Both the position numbers and the translations under genes were made by a program. Positions 10,615 to 19,820 of a stretch of 64,000 bases of DNA are shown here, piece after piece; position 1 is the first letter of the stretch, and each line of letters starts with the position of its first letter. The stretch is taken from NCBI GenBank assembly GCA_965202805.1, contig OZ241869.1:1120001-1184000 (forward strand), read 5' to 3'. The notes under the pieces are model-generated. The model ran no database searches. It saw nothing but the letters and a program-made list of their open reading frames with translations, and was not told where the DNA came from. The DNA comes from Longimicrobiales bacterium (GTDB lineage: Bacteria > Gemmatimonadota > Gemmatimonadetes > Longimicrobiales > Gaopeijiaceae).

Positions 10615-12291
10615 TCAGCGCCGTCCGCCGCGCGGGGTACCGCCCCCGAACGGACTTCCGCCCATCCGCTCGCGCATCCGGTCGATGAACTCCTGCTGCT
10701 GCGCCTGCAGCTGGGCCGCACCGATCAGCGCGACCTCCTCCCCCTCTTGGAGCCCGGCCAGCACCTCGGTGTTGTCCCAGTCGTTCACGCCGATCAGGAT
10801 GGGGCGCGGCTCGATGGCTCCGTCCGCCGAGATCACGAACGTGATCGCCGGGCGGGGCGCACCCTCCTCCTCGCGAGCACCGGCACCACCCCCGAAACCG
10901 GCGCCCATGCCATCCATCATGCCCTGGCCCGCAGGGCCCATCCCCATCATTCCGGCACCACCGCCGGCCCTCATGCCCATGCGCCCACCGGCGCCCGGTC
11001 CAGCACCTGCGTCAGCGCCCACGCCAGGGCGGCCCGCATCCGCTCCGGGAGCTCCGTTCATTTCCGCACCGGCACTTCCGCCGTTCTCCGCCCGGGCCTG
11101 CATCATCTGTTCGCGCATCTCCTCGCGCGAAATCTCCCCGCTCGCCAACCGTTCGCGCAGTTCCTGCAGGCGAGCGTTTCCGCCCATCCCGCCCATCGGC
11201 CGCTGGCCCGCGGTCATTCCTCCGCGAGCGCCATCCGGAGCCGCCATGAGCCCACCCGGCGGCCCGGAGCTCCCCGGCAACGAGGCACGGAGGTCCGCAA
11301 ACACGGACCGGTCCATCTCGATCGCGTCCGGATCCATCCCGAGCACCATCGCCGCCGGCGCCATCTCCTGGAACTGTACGAGCGCGTTGTTGGGGATGAG
11401 CAGGGCGTTGGGCCGCTCGGCGACCAGAATCTCCACCTCCGCGTTCATCCCCGGCTTGAGCAGGCCGCCCCGGTTATCGATCATCACGATCACGGCGAAC
11501 ATGGTCACGTTCTGCTGGACTTCGGCCTGCGGTTCGATCTTGTCGACGATGCCGGCGAAGGTGCGCCCCGGGAATGCCTCCACCGTCACCGTGGCGGTCA
11601 GGTCGGCCGAGATCTGCCCGACATCGGTCTCGTCCACCAGCGTGCGCACCTGCATCTCGGCCAGGTTGGCCATCATGAAGAGGGTCGTGCCGCCGGACAC
11701 GTTCTGCGACGCCGACTGGATGACCTGTCCCTCCTCGACGCTCTTCTGGATGATGGTGCCGGCCATGGGCGCGCGGATGGTCACGTCGCTCAGGCGAAGC
11801 TCGGCCAGTTCCATGCTCGTGCTGGCCTTGACCAGGTTTGCCTGCGCGTTCGCGAAGTCCAGGTTGGCCGACTCGTGCTCCTGCTCGGTGATCACTCCGG
11901 ACTCCAGGAGCAGGCGCGAGCGCTCCAGCTGGGCGGTCGAGATCTCCACCCGGGCCTGAGCCACGTTCAGGTCGGCTTCTGTCTGGTTGAAGTCGTTGCG
12001 CACGTCGCGCGGATCGATCTCCGCGAGCAGCGCCCCCGGCTCGAGCTCGTCCCCGGTGTCCACGTGCAGGCGCAGAATCTCGCCCGAGGCCTTGGACTTG
12101 ACCTCCACGGTGCGCACAGGCTCCATCAGGCCGGTTGCTTCCGCCACCAGGCGCAGGTCGTCGCGCAGGGCCGGCATCGTCGTGAGGCCGGGCGCCTCTT
12201 CCACCGCGTCGGCGCCGTTGCAGGCCGCCACTGCCAGCAGTGCGAGAAGCCTCACCCCTCCGTTCCTCAGTGCCTTCGTGCTCACGTTCAT
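10615..12291 (-). CDS. Efflux periplasmic adaptor subunit (MacA-like lipoprotein) with long Gly/Met-rich insertion
   Basis: Lipobox VAAC; VEVKSKASGEI, IRAPMAGTI, LKPGMNAEVEI, TEVLAGLQEGEEV. Confidence 0.9.
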   Translation of the reverse strand: MNVSTKALRNGGVRLLALLAVAACNGADAVEEAPGLTTMPALRDDLRLVAEATGLMEPVRTVEVKSKASGEILRLHVDTGDELEPGALLAEIDPRDVRNDFNQTEADLNVAQARVEISTAQLERSRLLLESGVITEQEHESANLDFANAQANLVKASTSMELAELRLSDVTIRAPMAGTIIQKSVEEGQVIQSASQNVSGGTTLFMMANLAEMQVRTLVDETDVGQISADLTATVTVEAFPGRTFAGIVDKIEPQAEVQQNVTMFAVIVMIDNRGGLLKPGMNAEVEILVAERPNALLIPNNALVQFQEMAPAAMVLGMDPDAIEMDRSVFADLRASLPGSSGPPGGLMAAPDGARGGMTAGQRPMGGMGGNARLQELRERLASGEISREEMREQMMQARAENGGSAGAEMNGAPGADAGRPGVGADAGAGPGAGGRMGMRAGGGAGMMGMGPAGQGMMDGMGAGFGGGAGAREEEGAPRPAITFVISADGAIEPRPILIGVNDWDNTEVLAGLQEGEEVALIGAAQLQAQQQEFIDRMRERMGGSPFGGGTPRGGRR

Positions 12292-12332
12292 TTCCTCTCC
12301 AGAGAATCCTGCGTCGCAGGCTGAGGTGTCGC

Positions 12333-13043
12333 TCAAACGGTCGCCGCCACCCTCGGCTCGTTCAGGAAGTCGCGCGCGACCAGACCGTCGTGCAGATGAA
12401 TCTGGCGCTGCGCGTATTTGGCGATGTCGTGCTCGTGCGTGACGATGAGGATGGTCTGCCCCTGCCGGTGGAGCTCCACGAAGACCGACATGATCTCCTC
12501 GCTGGTGGTGGAGTCCAGGTTCCCCGTGGGCTCGTCGGCCAGCAGGATGGCGGGCCCGTTGACCAGTGCGCGCGCGACCGCCACGCGCTGCCGCTGGCCG
12601 CCGGAGAGCTCCGGCGGGCGGTGGTCCATGCGCAACCCCAGGCCCACCGTTTCCAGCGCCTCGCGGGCCCGCTGGCGCCGCTCACGGGCGGACACCCCCG
12701 CGTAGATGAGCGGGAGTTCCACATTGTGCAGCGCCGTGGCGCGCGGCAGCAGGTTGAAGGTCTGGAACACGAACCCGATCTCGCGGTTGCGGACGTGGGC
12801 GAGCTGATCGTCGCTCAGGTCGCTCACCAGCTGCTCGTTGAGCCAGTACTGCCCCCGGGTGGGCGTGTCCAGGCAGCCGATCAGGTTCATGAAGGTGGAC
12901 TTGCCGCTGCCCGAGGGTCCCATGATGGCGACGAACTCGCCCCGGCTGATCTCCAGGTCGACGCGGCGAAGGGCGCGGATGGTCTCCGCTCCCAGGACAT
13001 AGTGCTTGGTAAGTCCGGACGTTTGGATAACAGGTCGGCTCAC
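12333..13043 (-). CDS. ABC transporter ATP-binding protein (MacB/LolD-like)
   Basis: [43 protein letters not shown] start overlaps the tolC stop. Confidence 0.95.
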   Translation of the reverse strand: MSRPVIQTSGLTKHYVLGAETIRALRRVDLEISRGEFVAIMGPSGSGKSTFMNLIGCLDTPTRGQYWLNEQLVSDLSDDQLAHVRNREIGFVFQTFNLLPRATALHNVELPLIYAGVSARERRQRAREALETVGLGLRMDHRPPELSGGQRQRVAVARALVNGPAILLADEPTGNLDSTTSEEIMSVFVELHRQGQTILIVTHEHDIAKYAQRQIHLHDGLVARDFLNEPRVAATV

Positions 13044-14329
13044 AGTTCGCTCCCCAGAATCGCCTCCAGTTGCGCACGCGCGACCGCGTAGTCGTATCGC
13101 GCCGTAACCAGACCGGACTCCGCCTGCACGAGGGCGATCTGACTCGTGATCAGGTCGAGGATCGTCGCAACCGACAGATCGAAGCGCTGCTGAACGACAC
13201 GGAGGTCCTCGGCGGCCACCTCTCTCGCTTCGATGGCGAGGGCGATGGCCTGCTCGGAGGTCCTCAGTGCGAACAGTGCCCCGTCGAGCTGCGCACGTAC
13301 GCCGCGTCTGGCATCCTCCTCCTGTACGAAGGCGACGCGTTCCTGATTCTCGGCGCGCGCGATGCTCTGGTCGCGGTTGAAGCCGTCGAACACGTTGTAG
13401 CTGCCGGAGAGGCGAAGATTCCACGAGGTCGTCCCCCCGTTGAACGCGGCCTCGCGGTTCGCCCAACTGTAGCCGGACGAGACGCGGAGCGACGGAAACC
13501 GGGAGGCCCGGGAGGAACCGGCGGCTGCGGAGGCGGCCCGGGCGGCGGCGCGGGCACTGCGCACGGCCGGCGAGCGGTCTTCGGCGAGGACGAACATCTC
13601 CTCGTCGCTGAGGGCGAGTGGACCCGGGTCCAGGTCATCCGGACGCTCCGGCATCACCGGCTCGGGCAGCCCCACCTGCCGCCCGAGCGCGAAGCGCGCC
13701 GCACGGGTGGCGGCTTCCGCCTGAAGCACGGACTGCATGGCGTTCGCCACCTCCAGACGGGCCCGCAGCGTGTCGGAGCGCGTTCCCGAGCCCAGTTCCG
13801 CGCGGCGGCGCGTATTGGCCAGGCTCTCCTCGGCGCGTTCCACGCTTGCTCGCGCCACCTCCAGCAGGTCCTGCTGGCGCAGGGCGGCGAAGTACAGATC
13901 CTTGGTCTGCAGAATCACACCGAAGCGCTGGTTCTCGACATCCGCCTCGGCGGCCGCGATATCGGCCCTCGCCCGATCCATGTTGGCAAAGCGCTGTCCC
14001 CCGTTGAAGAGGCTGTAGGAGAGCGAGAGCCCGGCGTTGTAGCTCTGGCTCGCGCCCACCACCGTGCGCTGGGTGGCCTGGTCAAACCGCTGGCTGCTGT
14101 TGGTCGACGCCCCCGAGCTGAGGCTCAGGGTCGGAAGGAAGCCTCCCCAGGCGGCCCGGTGCGAGACGCCGGCGTTGTCCAGGCCGGCGCGCGCCTGCGC
14201 CATCGACGGGTGTACCTGCAGCGATCTCGCGACCGCCTCGTCCAGCGTGAGCGGCTGCTGCGCCGCCAGCGTGCCCGTCAGCGCGAGCAGGACAATGGGA
14301 AGTCCCGCGATGCGCCGGGCGAATCTCAT
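13040..14329 (-). CDS. TolC family outer membrane efflux protein
   Basis: Signal peptide; [19 protein letters not shown], two OEP repeats, [21 protein letters not shown] overlap with the upstream gene. Confidence 0.9.
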   Translation of the reverse strand: MRFARRIAGLPIVLLALTGTLAAQQPLTLDEAVARSLQVHPSMAQARAGLDNAGVSHRAAWGGFLPTLSLSSGASTNSSQRFDQATQRTVVGASQSYNAGLSLSYSLFNGGQRFANMDRARADIAAAEADVENQRFGVILQTKDLYFAALRQQDLLEVARASVERAEESLANTRRRAELGSGTRSDTLRARLEVANAMQSVLQAEAATRAARFALGRQVGLPEPVMPERPDDLDPGPLALSDEEMFVLAEDRSPAVRSARAAARAASAAAGSSRASRFPSLRVSSGYSWANREAAFNGGTTSWNLRLSGSYNVFDGFNRDQSIARAENQERVAFVQEEDARRGVRAQLDGALFALRTSEQAIALAIEAREVAAEDLRVVQQRFDLSVATILDLITSQIALVQAESGLVTARYDYAVARAQLEAILGSEL

Positions 14330-14883
14330 ACGTGCTGTGACCATTGCCCCCTGTCCCGTTCTCTCCCGTCCCCGTCCCCACCGTCCTGCCGGGGGCGCTC
14401 CCGGTCGCCCTGTCCGCGGTCACGCTCGCCGTCGCGGGTTTCGGACCGTGACCTCTCCCGTTCCCGTTCGTCTTCCATCTCCCGGCGGCGGTCGAAATCG
14501 GTCAGAAGCGCATCGTACTCGGCGGCCTGCTCGGGGGTGAGCACGGCTTTGATGGAGGAGCGCGTAGACTCGATCAACTCCCCGTACCCGGTCCGGTATT
14601 CCGCACGCAACTGCCGCATCATCGTGCGCGACTGGCCTACGATCGAGTCCACCTGGACCATCTGTTCCGCGCTCAGTCCCACGCGCTCCACGATCAGGCC
14701 GCGACGGCGGGTCTCCCCTCCGCGGTCCTCATCCGCCTCCTCCGCCGCCACGGCCGTGGGCGCAGTGGGTTCCGCCTGAGCCGGGGATGTCCTCGACCAC
14801 ACCAGTCCGAGAAGGAACCCGGCCACCAGGGTCACAAAGAGCACGCCGCCGGCTGCTGCGCGCGTATTGCGTGCAGTCATCAT
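14326..14883 (-). CDS. Spy/CpxP-like periplasmic helical protein
   Basis: N-terminal TM/signal; GLSAEQ and VLTPEQ (LTxxQ) motifs; R/D/E low-complexity tail. Confidence 0.6.
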   Translation of the reverse strand: MMTARNTRAAAGGVLFVTLVAGFLLGLVWSRTSPAQAEPTAPTAVAAEEADEDRGGETRRRGLIVERVGLSAEQMVQVDSIVGQSRTMMRQLRAEYRTGYGELIESTRSSIKAVLTPEQAAEYDALLTDFDRRREMEDERERERSRSETRDGERDRGQGDRERPRQDGGDGDGRERDRGQWSQHV

Positions 14884-15284
14884 CCACCTCCCTCGATGGC
14901 GACCAGGAACGCCACCTCGTCCACCTGATCGGCGACGAGGACCGCCGGCAGCGGCTCATCATCGACCCCGGACACCAGAGCCTCCTCGATGGCAATGCCG
15001 GCTCCGGGCGCCGTCTCGGCCGGCATGAGCAGGGAGGCCATCGCCGCGGCCGCCACAACCGACGCGGGGACCAGCAGCCTCCACCACGACGCCAGGACAT
15101 CGCCCACCGTGAGTGGGCGCGTAGCGCGCCGCCTGGCCAGTTCCGGACCCGCAAGGGCCATCACACGGGCCTGGAAACGGGCCCAGTGGCCGGGATCCGA
15201 GTTCCCGGGGTCCAGTAGTTCTAGGGGGATTCTGCCGTTGTCGACCATGTCCCGGCCCCCGCCTGATGCTGCCTGGTTGCTCAT
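14880..15284 (-). CDS. Putative single-TM anti-sigma factor
   Basis: Directly downstream of an ECF sigma; WARFQARVM followed by a TM helix; start may be 15248. Confidence 0.55.
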   Translation of the reverse strand: MSNQAASGGGRDMVDNGRIPLELLDPGNSDPGHWARFQARVMALAGPELARRRATRPLTVGDVLASWWRLLVPASVVAAAAMASLLMPAETAPGAGIAIEEALVSGVDDEPLPAVLVADQVDEVAFLVAIEGGG

Positions 15285-15360
15285 TTGACTGCTTCTTCCG
15301 TGTGGTTCTTTCGTTATGTTTTTCGTGTCTTCCGTCCGGCCTGCCCAAGCGTCCTTTCGG

Positions 15361-15891
15361 CTATTCGTCCGGCTTCAGGAGTTTGCGCAACGACTTGCGC
15401 GCGTAGTGCAGGTGCGAGCGTACCGTCCCCGCCGGGAGCCCCAGGCGCTGTGCGATCTCTCTGTGCTTCCATCCCTCCAGGTCGTGGAGCAGCACGATCG
15501 TTCTCTGAACCTCCGGCAGCTCTCCGAGCGCGCGGGCGATCTCGTCGCGCAACTCCGACAACTGCGCCTCCTTCTCCGGCGTCGGGGTGCTGGAACGGGC
15601 GCTGAACGGAATCGGGTCCATCGCCCGCAACGCCTCCCGGCGCACGAGGTTGTTCGACCGGTTTCTGACGATCGTCATCAGCCAGCCCCCGAACCTGCCG
15701 GGGCTGCGACAATCGTCGAGGCGCTCGAGCGCGATCAGGAAAGCCTCCTGAGCCGCATCCTCCGCGTCCTCCGGCCGTCCGATCACGGAGAGAGCCACCA
15801 GATATGCCGCCCTGCGATAGCGGGTGACGAGTTGCCCGAAGGCGTCTCCGTCCCCCGACCGGGCCAGTGCAACCAGCGTGGCGTCATCCAA
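15361..15891 (-). CDS. ECF RNA polymerase sigma factor
   Basis: DAEDAAQEAF, FGGWLMTIVRN, LLHDLEGWKHREIAQRLGLPAGTVRSHLHYAR; TTG start. Confidence 0.92.
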   Translation of the reverse strand: MDDATLVALARSGDGDAFGQLVTRYRRAAYLVALSVIGRPEDAEDAAQEAFLIALERLDDCRSPGRFGGWLMTIVRNRSNNLVRREALRAMDPIPFSARSSTPTPEKEAQLSELRDEIARALGELPEVQRTIVLLHDLEGWKHREIAQRLGLPAGTVRSHLHYARKSLRKLLKPDE

Positions 15892-15944
15892 GTGATCGTT
15901 GCCTCAACGAGAATGACACGTGGACAGCGAACGTTGTTGAACGG

Positions 15945-16703
15945 CTAGCGCCGACGACGGCGTCGGCCTCTGCGTTTCGGCCTGGCCCCGCCGGACGCGG
16001 GCCGCTCGCGGATGGCCTCCGCCAGCAGCGCGTGCCACTCGGTCGGAAAGAGTTCCGCCAGATCCCGGGCGACCGTCACAAGCTCGCCGCGCGGCTTCTC
16101 CGACTCGTCCCCGGCACGAAAGAACCGCACCAGCATGAGCGTGGCGCCGACATCGGCGATCACGCCGCTTCGCGCCGTACCCGCCACCCGCGCGATCCAG
16201 GCCGCGCCCCCGGCGTCGGAGAAGCCCCACTCGGTGGATGCGGGCAGCGGAGGGAGGGTTGCCTCGTCCGGCGGATCCTCACGACCGGCGGGACGGGCGG
16301 GCGGCCGGCCGGGAGGTTGAGGGGCGGGGCCGGCAGGTCTGAGGCGAGCCGGGGGCGGCGGCGATCCGGACGCGTGAGACGCGGGCGCGGGGGCTCCGGA
16401 GCGCTTGTGCCGTCGGGAAGGCGCCGGTGTGCGGGGGGAAGGCCGTCCGCCCGGAGCCGGCGCCTGCGGTCGCGCGGACGGGGGCGAGGACGGGCGGGCG
16501 GGCGGCGGCGGCGTTTGACGGCCCGGAGGACGGGGTGTGCCGGGGCGCGCGGGCCGAGGCGGATCCGGTCGGCTCACGGGTGGGGCGGGACGGGACGGAG
16601 GCGGAGGTTCGGGCCGTGCCGGCGGCGGTGAAGGCGGTTCTGCGGGCGGGCGGCGGTCCGGTCCATCGTCCACGGGACCCTCCGATGGCGACACCGGCTT
16701 CAC
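15945..16703 (-). CDS. Hypothetical protein: Pro-rich N-terminus, small globular C-terminal domain, Arg tail
   Basis: GTGA overlap with the HNH stop; C-terminal WGFSDAGGAAWIARV...MLVRFF looks folded. Confidence 0.5.
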   Translation of the reverse strand: MKPVSPSEGPVDDGPDRRPPAEPPSPPPARPEPPPPSRPAPPVSRPDPPRPARPGTPRPPGRQTPPPPARPSSPPSARPQAPAPGGRPSPRTPAPSRRHKRSGAPAPASHASGSPPPPARLRPAGPAPQPPGRPPARPAGREDPPDEATLPPLPASTEWGFSDAGGAAWIARVAGTARSGVIADVGATLMLVRFFRAGDESEKPRGELVTVARDLAELFPTEWHALLAEAIRERPASGGARPKRRGRRRRRR

Positions 16704-17275
16704 TCGCTGCCGGTCGACGGCAGGCTCGACAGCGAGAGCGCCTTGAGGATCTCATCTCCGTAGAACATGCGCACGTACTTGGCCTGGACCGGGGTAACGC
16801 GGCGCACCGCCCAGACCAGATGGACGTGGTTGGGCTCGGCGGGGATGGAGAGCAGACGCATGCCTGCCTCCGCGGGCGTGTTGTTGCCCTTGCGATTGTT
16901 GCAGGGCGAGCACGCCGAAACGACGTTGGTCCACTGATTGCTCCCGCCGCGGGAGATCGGCAGGATATGGTCGCGGGTCAGGAACTCGCGTGCCCGCAAC
17001 CGGTCGCGGTGGCGGCCGCAGTACTGACAGCGGTAGTCGTCGCGCGCGAACATGAAGGTGTTGGTGACCTGCCGGCGGAAGCGCCGCGGCACGTGTACGT
17101 AGCGAACGAGGCGAATCACCGCGGGGAACGGGATGTTGCGGTGCTCGGAGCGGAACGCACGCGCCTCCTCCGCCTCGAGAATCTCCGCCTTCGAGTCGAG
17201 CACCAGACGCACCGCGCGCCGGGCGGGCACGATGGTCAGCGGCTCGTAGGAGGCGTTCAGCGCGAGGCAGCTCAT
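16700..17275 (-). CDS. HNH endonuclease (McrA/HNH_5-like)
   Basis: LALNASYEPL, PAVIRL, RDDYRCQYCG, TRDHILP, NVVSACSPCNNRKGN. Confidence 0.9.
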   Translation of the reverse strand: MSCLALNASYEPLTIVPARRAVRLVLDSKAEILEAEEARAFRSEHRNIPFPAVIRLVRYVHVPRRFRRQVTNTFMFARDDYRCQYCGRHRDRLRAREFLTRDHILPISRGGSNQWTNVVSACSPCNNRKGNNTPAEAGMRLLSIPAEPNHVHLVWAVRRVTPVQAKYVRMFYGDEILKALSLSSLPSTGSE

Positions 17276-17407
17276 CGCGAATCCGGTTCTTGGGACCTTC
17301 CCTGACTGCCGACGGCGGCTCCGGCGCTTCCGGGGACCCGGTCGGCCGCCTGACTGCGTGGGCGTTCCATGGCGCGCACATCCCACGCGCAGGCTGACAA
17401 GCGCCGC

Positions 17408-17436
17408 AAAGTACCGGGGATCGGGAAGCGGAGCAA
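17408..17436 (-). promoter_or_regulatory. Putative sigma70 promoter for the HNH gene
   Basis: TTGCTC-17 nt-TACTTT on the minus strand. Confidence 0.5.
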
Positions 17437-17492
17437 CCGCCGGGACGAGCCGTCGAGTCGGTCTGCCCCGGAATCATCGGCGCAGCGAAGCC

Positions 17493-19769
17493 CTACAGCA
17501 ATGCCATCGGATCCCGGTCGATCAGAACCCGCGCGTCGGAGGGAGGCCGAAAGCCCGTCGAAAAGGCTCGCGTGAGGGTCCCCAGAGCGCGCGCGGAGCG
17601 GCTGCGCAGGAGGAAGTGCCAGCGCCAGCGACTCTGCAGGCGCTCGATGGGCGCGGGAGCCGGGCCGGTCAACTCGACCCTTGCGCCGGAGAGCCGGCGC
17701 TCCACCCACCCGGCCGCCTCCTCGGCCGCGGTCGCGGCGGCTTCGGGATCGGGGCTGGTCACGACCACGTTGACCAGGCGCGCGAGGGGCGGATAACCGG
17801 GGCCCGCGCGCTCGGCCAGCTCGCGCTCGGCGAACGCCTCGAAGTCGTGTTCGCACGCTGCCCGGATGGCGTAGTGGCCGGGCATGCGGGTCTGGATCAG
17901 GACCTCGCCGCCAAGGGTGCCCCGCCCGGCCCGCCCCGCGACCTGGCTGAGCAGCTGGAAGGTCCGCTCGCTGGCGCGGAAGTCCGGCAGGTGCAGACCT
18001 ACGTCGGCATCCACCACCCCGACCAGCGTTACGCGAGGATAGTCGAGCCCCTTGGCGATCATCTGCGTTCCGAGCAGGATGTCGACCTCCCCGCGGCCCA
18101 CGCGTCCGAGGATTTCGCTGTGCGCCCACTTGCGCGCGGTCGTATCCACATCCATGCGCGCGACCCGGGCTCCGGGGAAGGACTCGGTGACCACGCGCTC
18201 CACCTGTTCGGTGCCGAGGCCCCGCCGCGAGAGCGCGCGGGACCCGCAGCGGCGGCAGGTGTCGGGGACGGGCTCCTCGTAGCGGCAGTGATGGCAGAGC
18301 AGCCGCCCGGTGGCCCGGTGGAAGGTGAGCGAAACCGAGCAGGCCGCGCACACCGGCACGTCTCCACACTCCCGGCACTGGAAGAACGTCGAGTACCCGC
18401 GGCGGTTGAGCAGCAGGATCGACTGCTCGCCGCGTTCCAGGCGGGTACGGATCGCAGCCGTCAGTTCGGGCGAGAGCACGGTGCGGCCGGTGGTCGAGGG
18501 GCGTACGGGCCGGCCGCCGTTGGGCGGGGATGCGGCGGCGGTGGAAGAGGGTTCGCGGAGATCCACGACGCGCACCGGAGGCAGCTGGCCGCCGGTGGCC
18601 CGCTCGGGGAGGCGCAGAAGCTCGAACTTGCCGCCGGCCTGGTTCGACCAGCTCTCCAGCGACGGGGTCGCGCTGCCCAGCAGGCACAGGGCACCCTCCC
18701 GGCGGGCGCGCATGATGGCCACGTCGCGGGCGTGATACCTGGGGGCGTCGGACTGCTTGTAGCTGCCTTCGTGCTCCTCGTCCACGATGATGGCGCCCAG
18801 GTCGGGGAGGGGCGCGAAGATGGCGGAGCGGGCGCCGATGGCGATGCGCCGGGCGCCCGAGCGCAACTGCCTCCAGGCGTCGTAGCGCTCTCCGTCGGAG
18901 AGCCCGGAGTGAAGCACGGCGACGCGGTCACCGAAGTGCGCGCGGAAGCGGGTGACGGTCTGGGGGGTGAGCGAGATCTCCGGCACCAGCACGATCGCCG
19001 ACCCTGCGCGCGCGTCCACGACCTCCTTCAGAAGCTCGATGTACACCAGGGTTTTGCCGGACGCGGTGACGCCGTGCAGCAGCACGGGCCGGGGCGCGGG
19101 CGCGTCCAGCGCGGACACGAGCCGCCTCAGCGCGGCGGCCTGGGCGGGGTTGGGCGTCAGGTCGGGAGGCGGTTCCGTACCGGTCGAGGCAAAGGGGTCG
19201 CGCACGACCTCCTGGTCGCGGACCTCCACGATCCCCTTCCCTTCCAGGGCCTTCACGACCCCGCGGCCGATGCCCTGGTCGAGGAGCGAGGCGAGCGGGA
19301 TCGATCCGGCGGCCCGCTCCAGGGTCTCGTAGGCGGCCTGCTGGCGCGGCGCGCGCGCGAAGGCGGCATCCCGTTCGGCGAGCGACTCCAGCCAGCGCAC
19401 GATGTGCGCGACCTTCCGGGTGCGCGCCATCGTCCCCGGTCCTCGACCCGTCCGACACAGCACCGAGGGAAGCGCGGTGCGCAGGACAAGCCCCAGCGGA
19501 GCGATGTAGTAGGCGGCCATCCAGCGGGCCAGCTCCAGGAGGTTCGGCGAGATCGACGGCTTGTCTTCGAGGATCTTCGAGATGCGACGCAGGCGGAGCT
19601 TGCCCGAACCCGGACGACCCGGACCCACCACCCATCCGACCCGTTTCGCCCTGTGGAAGGGAACCAGCACGCGGGTGCCCGGCACCGGCCGCGGCGCGTC
19701 CGGGCCCAGGGCGTAGGTGAAGGTCTGGTCGACGGGAAGCGGCAGCGCGACTTCGACGCGGGACGGCAC
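17493..19769 (-). CDS. priA: Primosomal protein N' (replication restart helicase)
   Basis: LLHGVTASGKT, LVPEISLTPQ, DEEHE, LGSATPS, LNRRGY, CxxC zinc motifs, GTQMIAKGLD, LPDFRASER, QVAGRAGR. Confidence 0.97.
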   Translation of the reverse strand: MPSRVEVALPLPVDQTFTYALGPDAPRPVPGTRVLVPFHRAKRVGWVVGPGRPGSGKLRLRRISKILEDKPSISPNLLELARWMAAYYIAPLGLVLRTALPSVLCRTGRGPGTMARTRKVAHIVRWLESLAERDAAFARAPRQQAAYETLERAAGSIPLASLLDQGIGRGVVKALEGKGIVEVRDQEVVRDPFASTGTEPPPDLTPNPAQAAALRRLVSALDAPAPRPVLLHGVTASGKTLVYIELLKEVVDARAGSAIVLVPEISLTPQTVTRFRAHFGDRVAVLHSGLSDGERYDAWRQLRSGARRIAIGARSAIFAPLPDLGAIIVDEEHEGSYKQSDAPRYHARDVAIMRARREGALCLLGSATPSLESWSNQAGGKFELLRLPERATGGQLPPVRVVDLREPSSTAAASPPNGGRPVRPSTTGRTVLSPELTAAIRTRLERGEQSILLLNRRGYSTFFQCRECGDVPVCAACSVSLTFHRATGRLLCHHCRYEEPVPDTCRRCGSRALSRRGLGTEQVERVVTESFPGARVARMDVDTTARKWAHSEILGRVGRGEVDILLGTQMIAKGLDYPRVTLVGVVDADVGLHLPDFRASERTFQLLSQVAGRAGRGTLGGEVLIQTRMPGHYAIRAACEHDFEAFAERELAERAGPGYPPLARLVNVVVTSPDPEAAATAAEEAAGWVERRLSGARVELTGPAPAPIERLQSRWRWHFLLRSRSARALGTLTRAFSTGFRPPSDARVLIDRDPMALL

Positions 19770-19820
19770 TACGGCCAGGGCGCGGAGCCGCAAGGGGTCG
19801 TCAGCGGTGCGCGCGCGGAT

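Noticed and set aside
16700..17400. IscB/HEARO or CRISPR-like interpretation of HNH plus leader
   Set aside because: The protein is 191 aa with no RuvC or PLMP region; repeats are only 5-9 nt.
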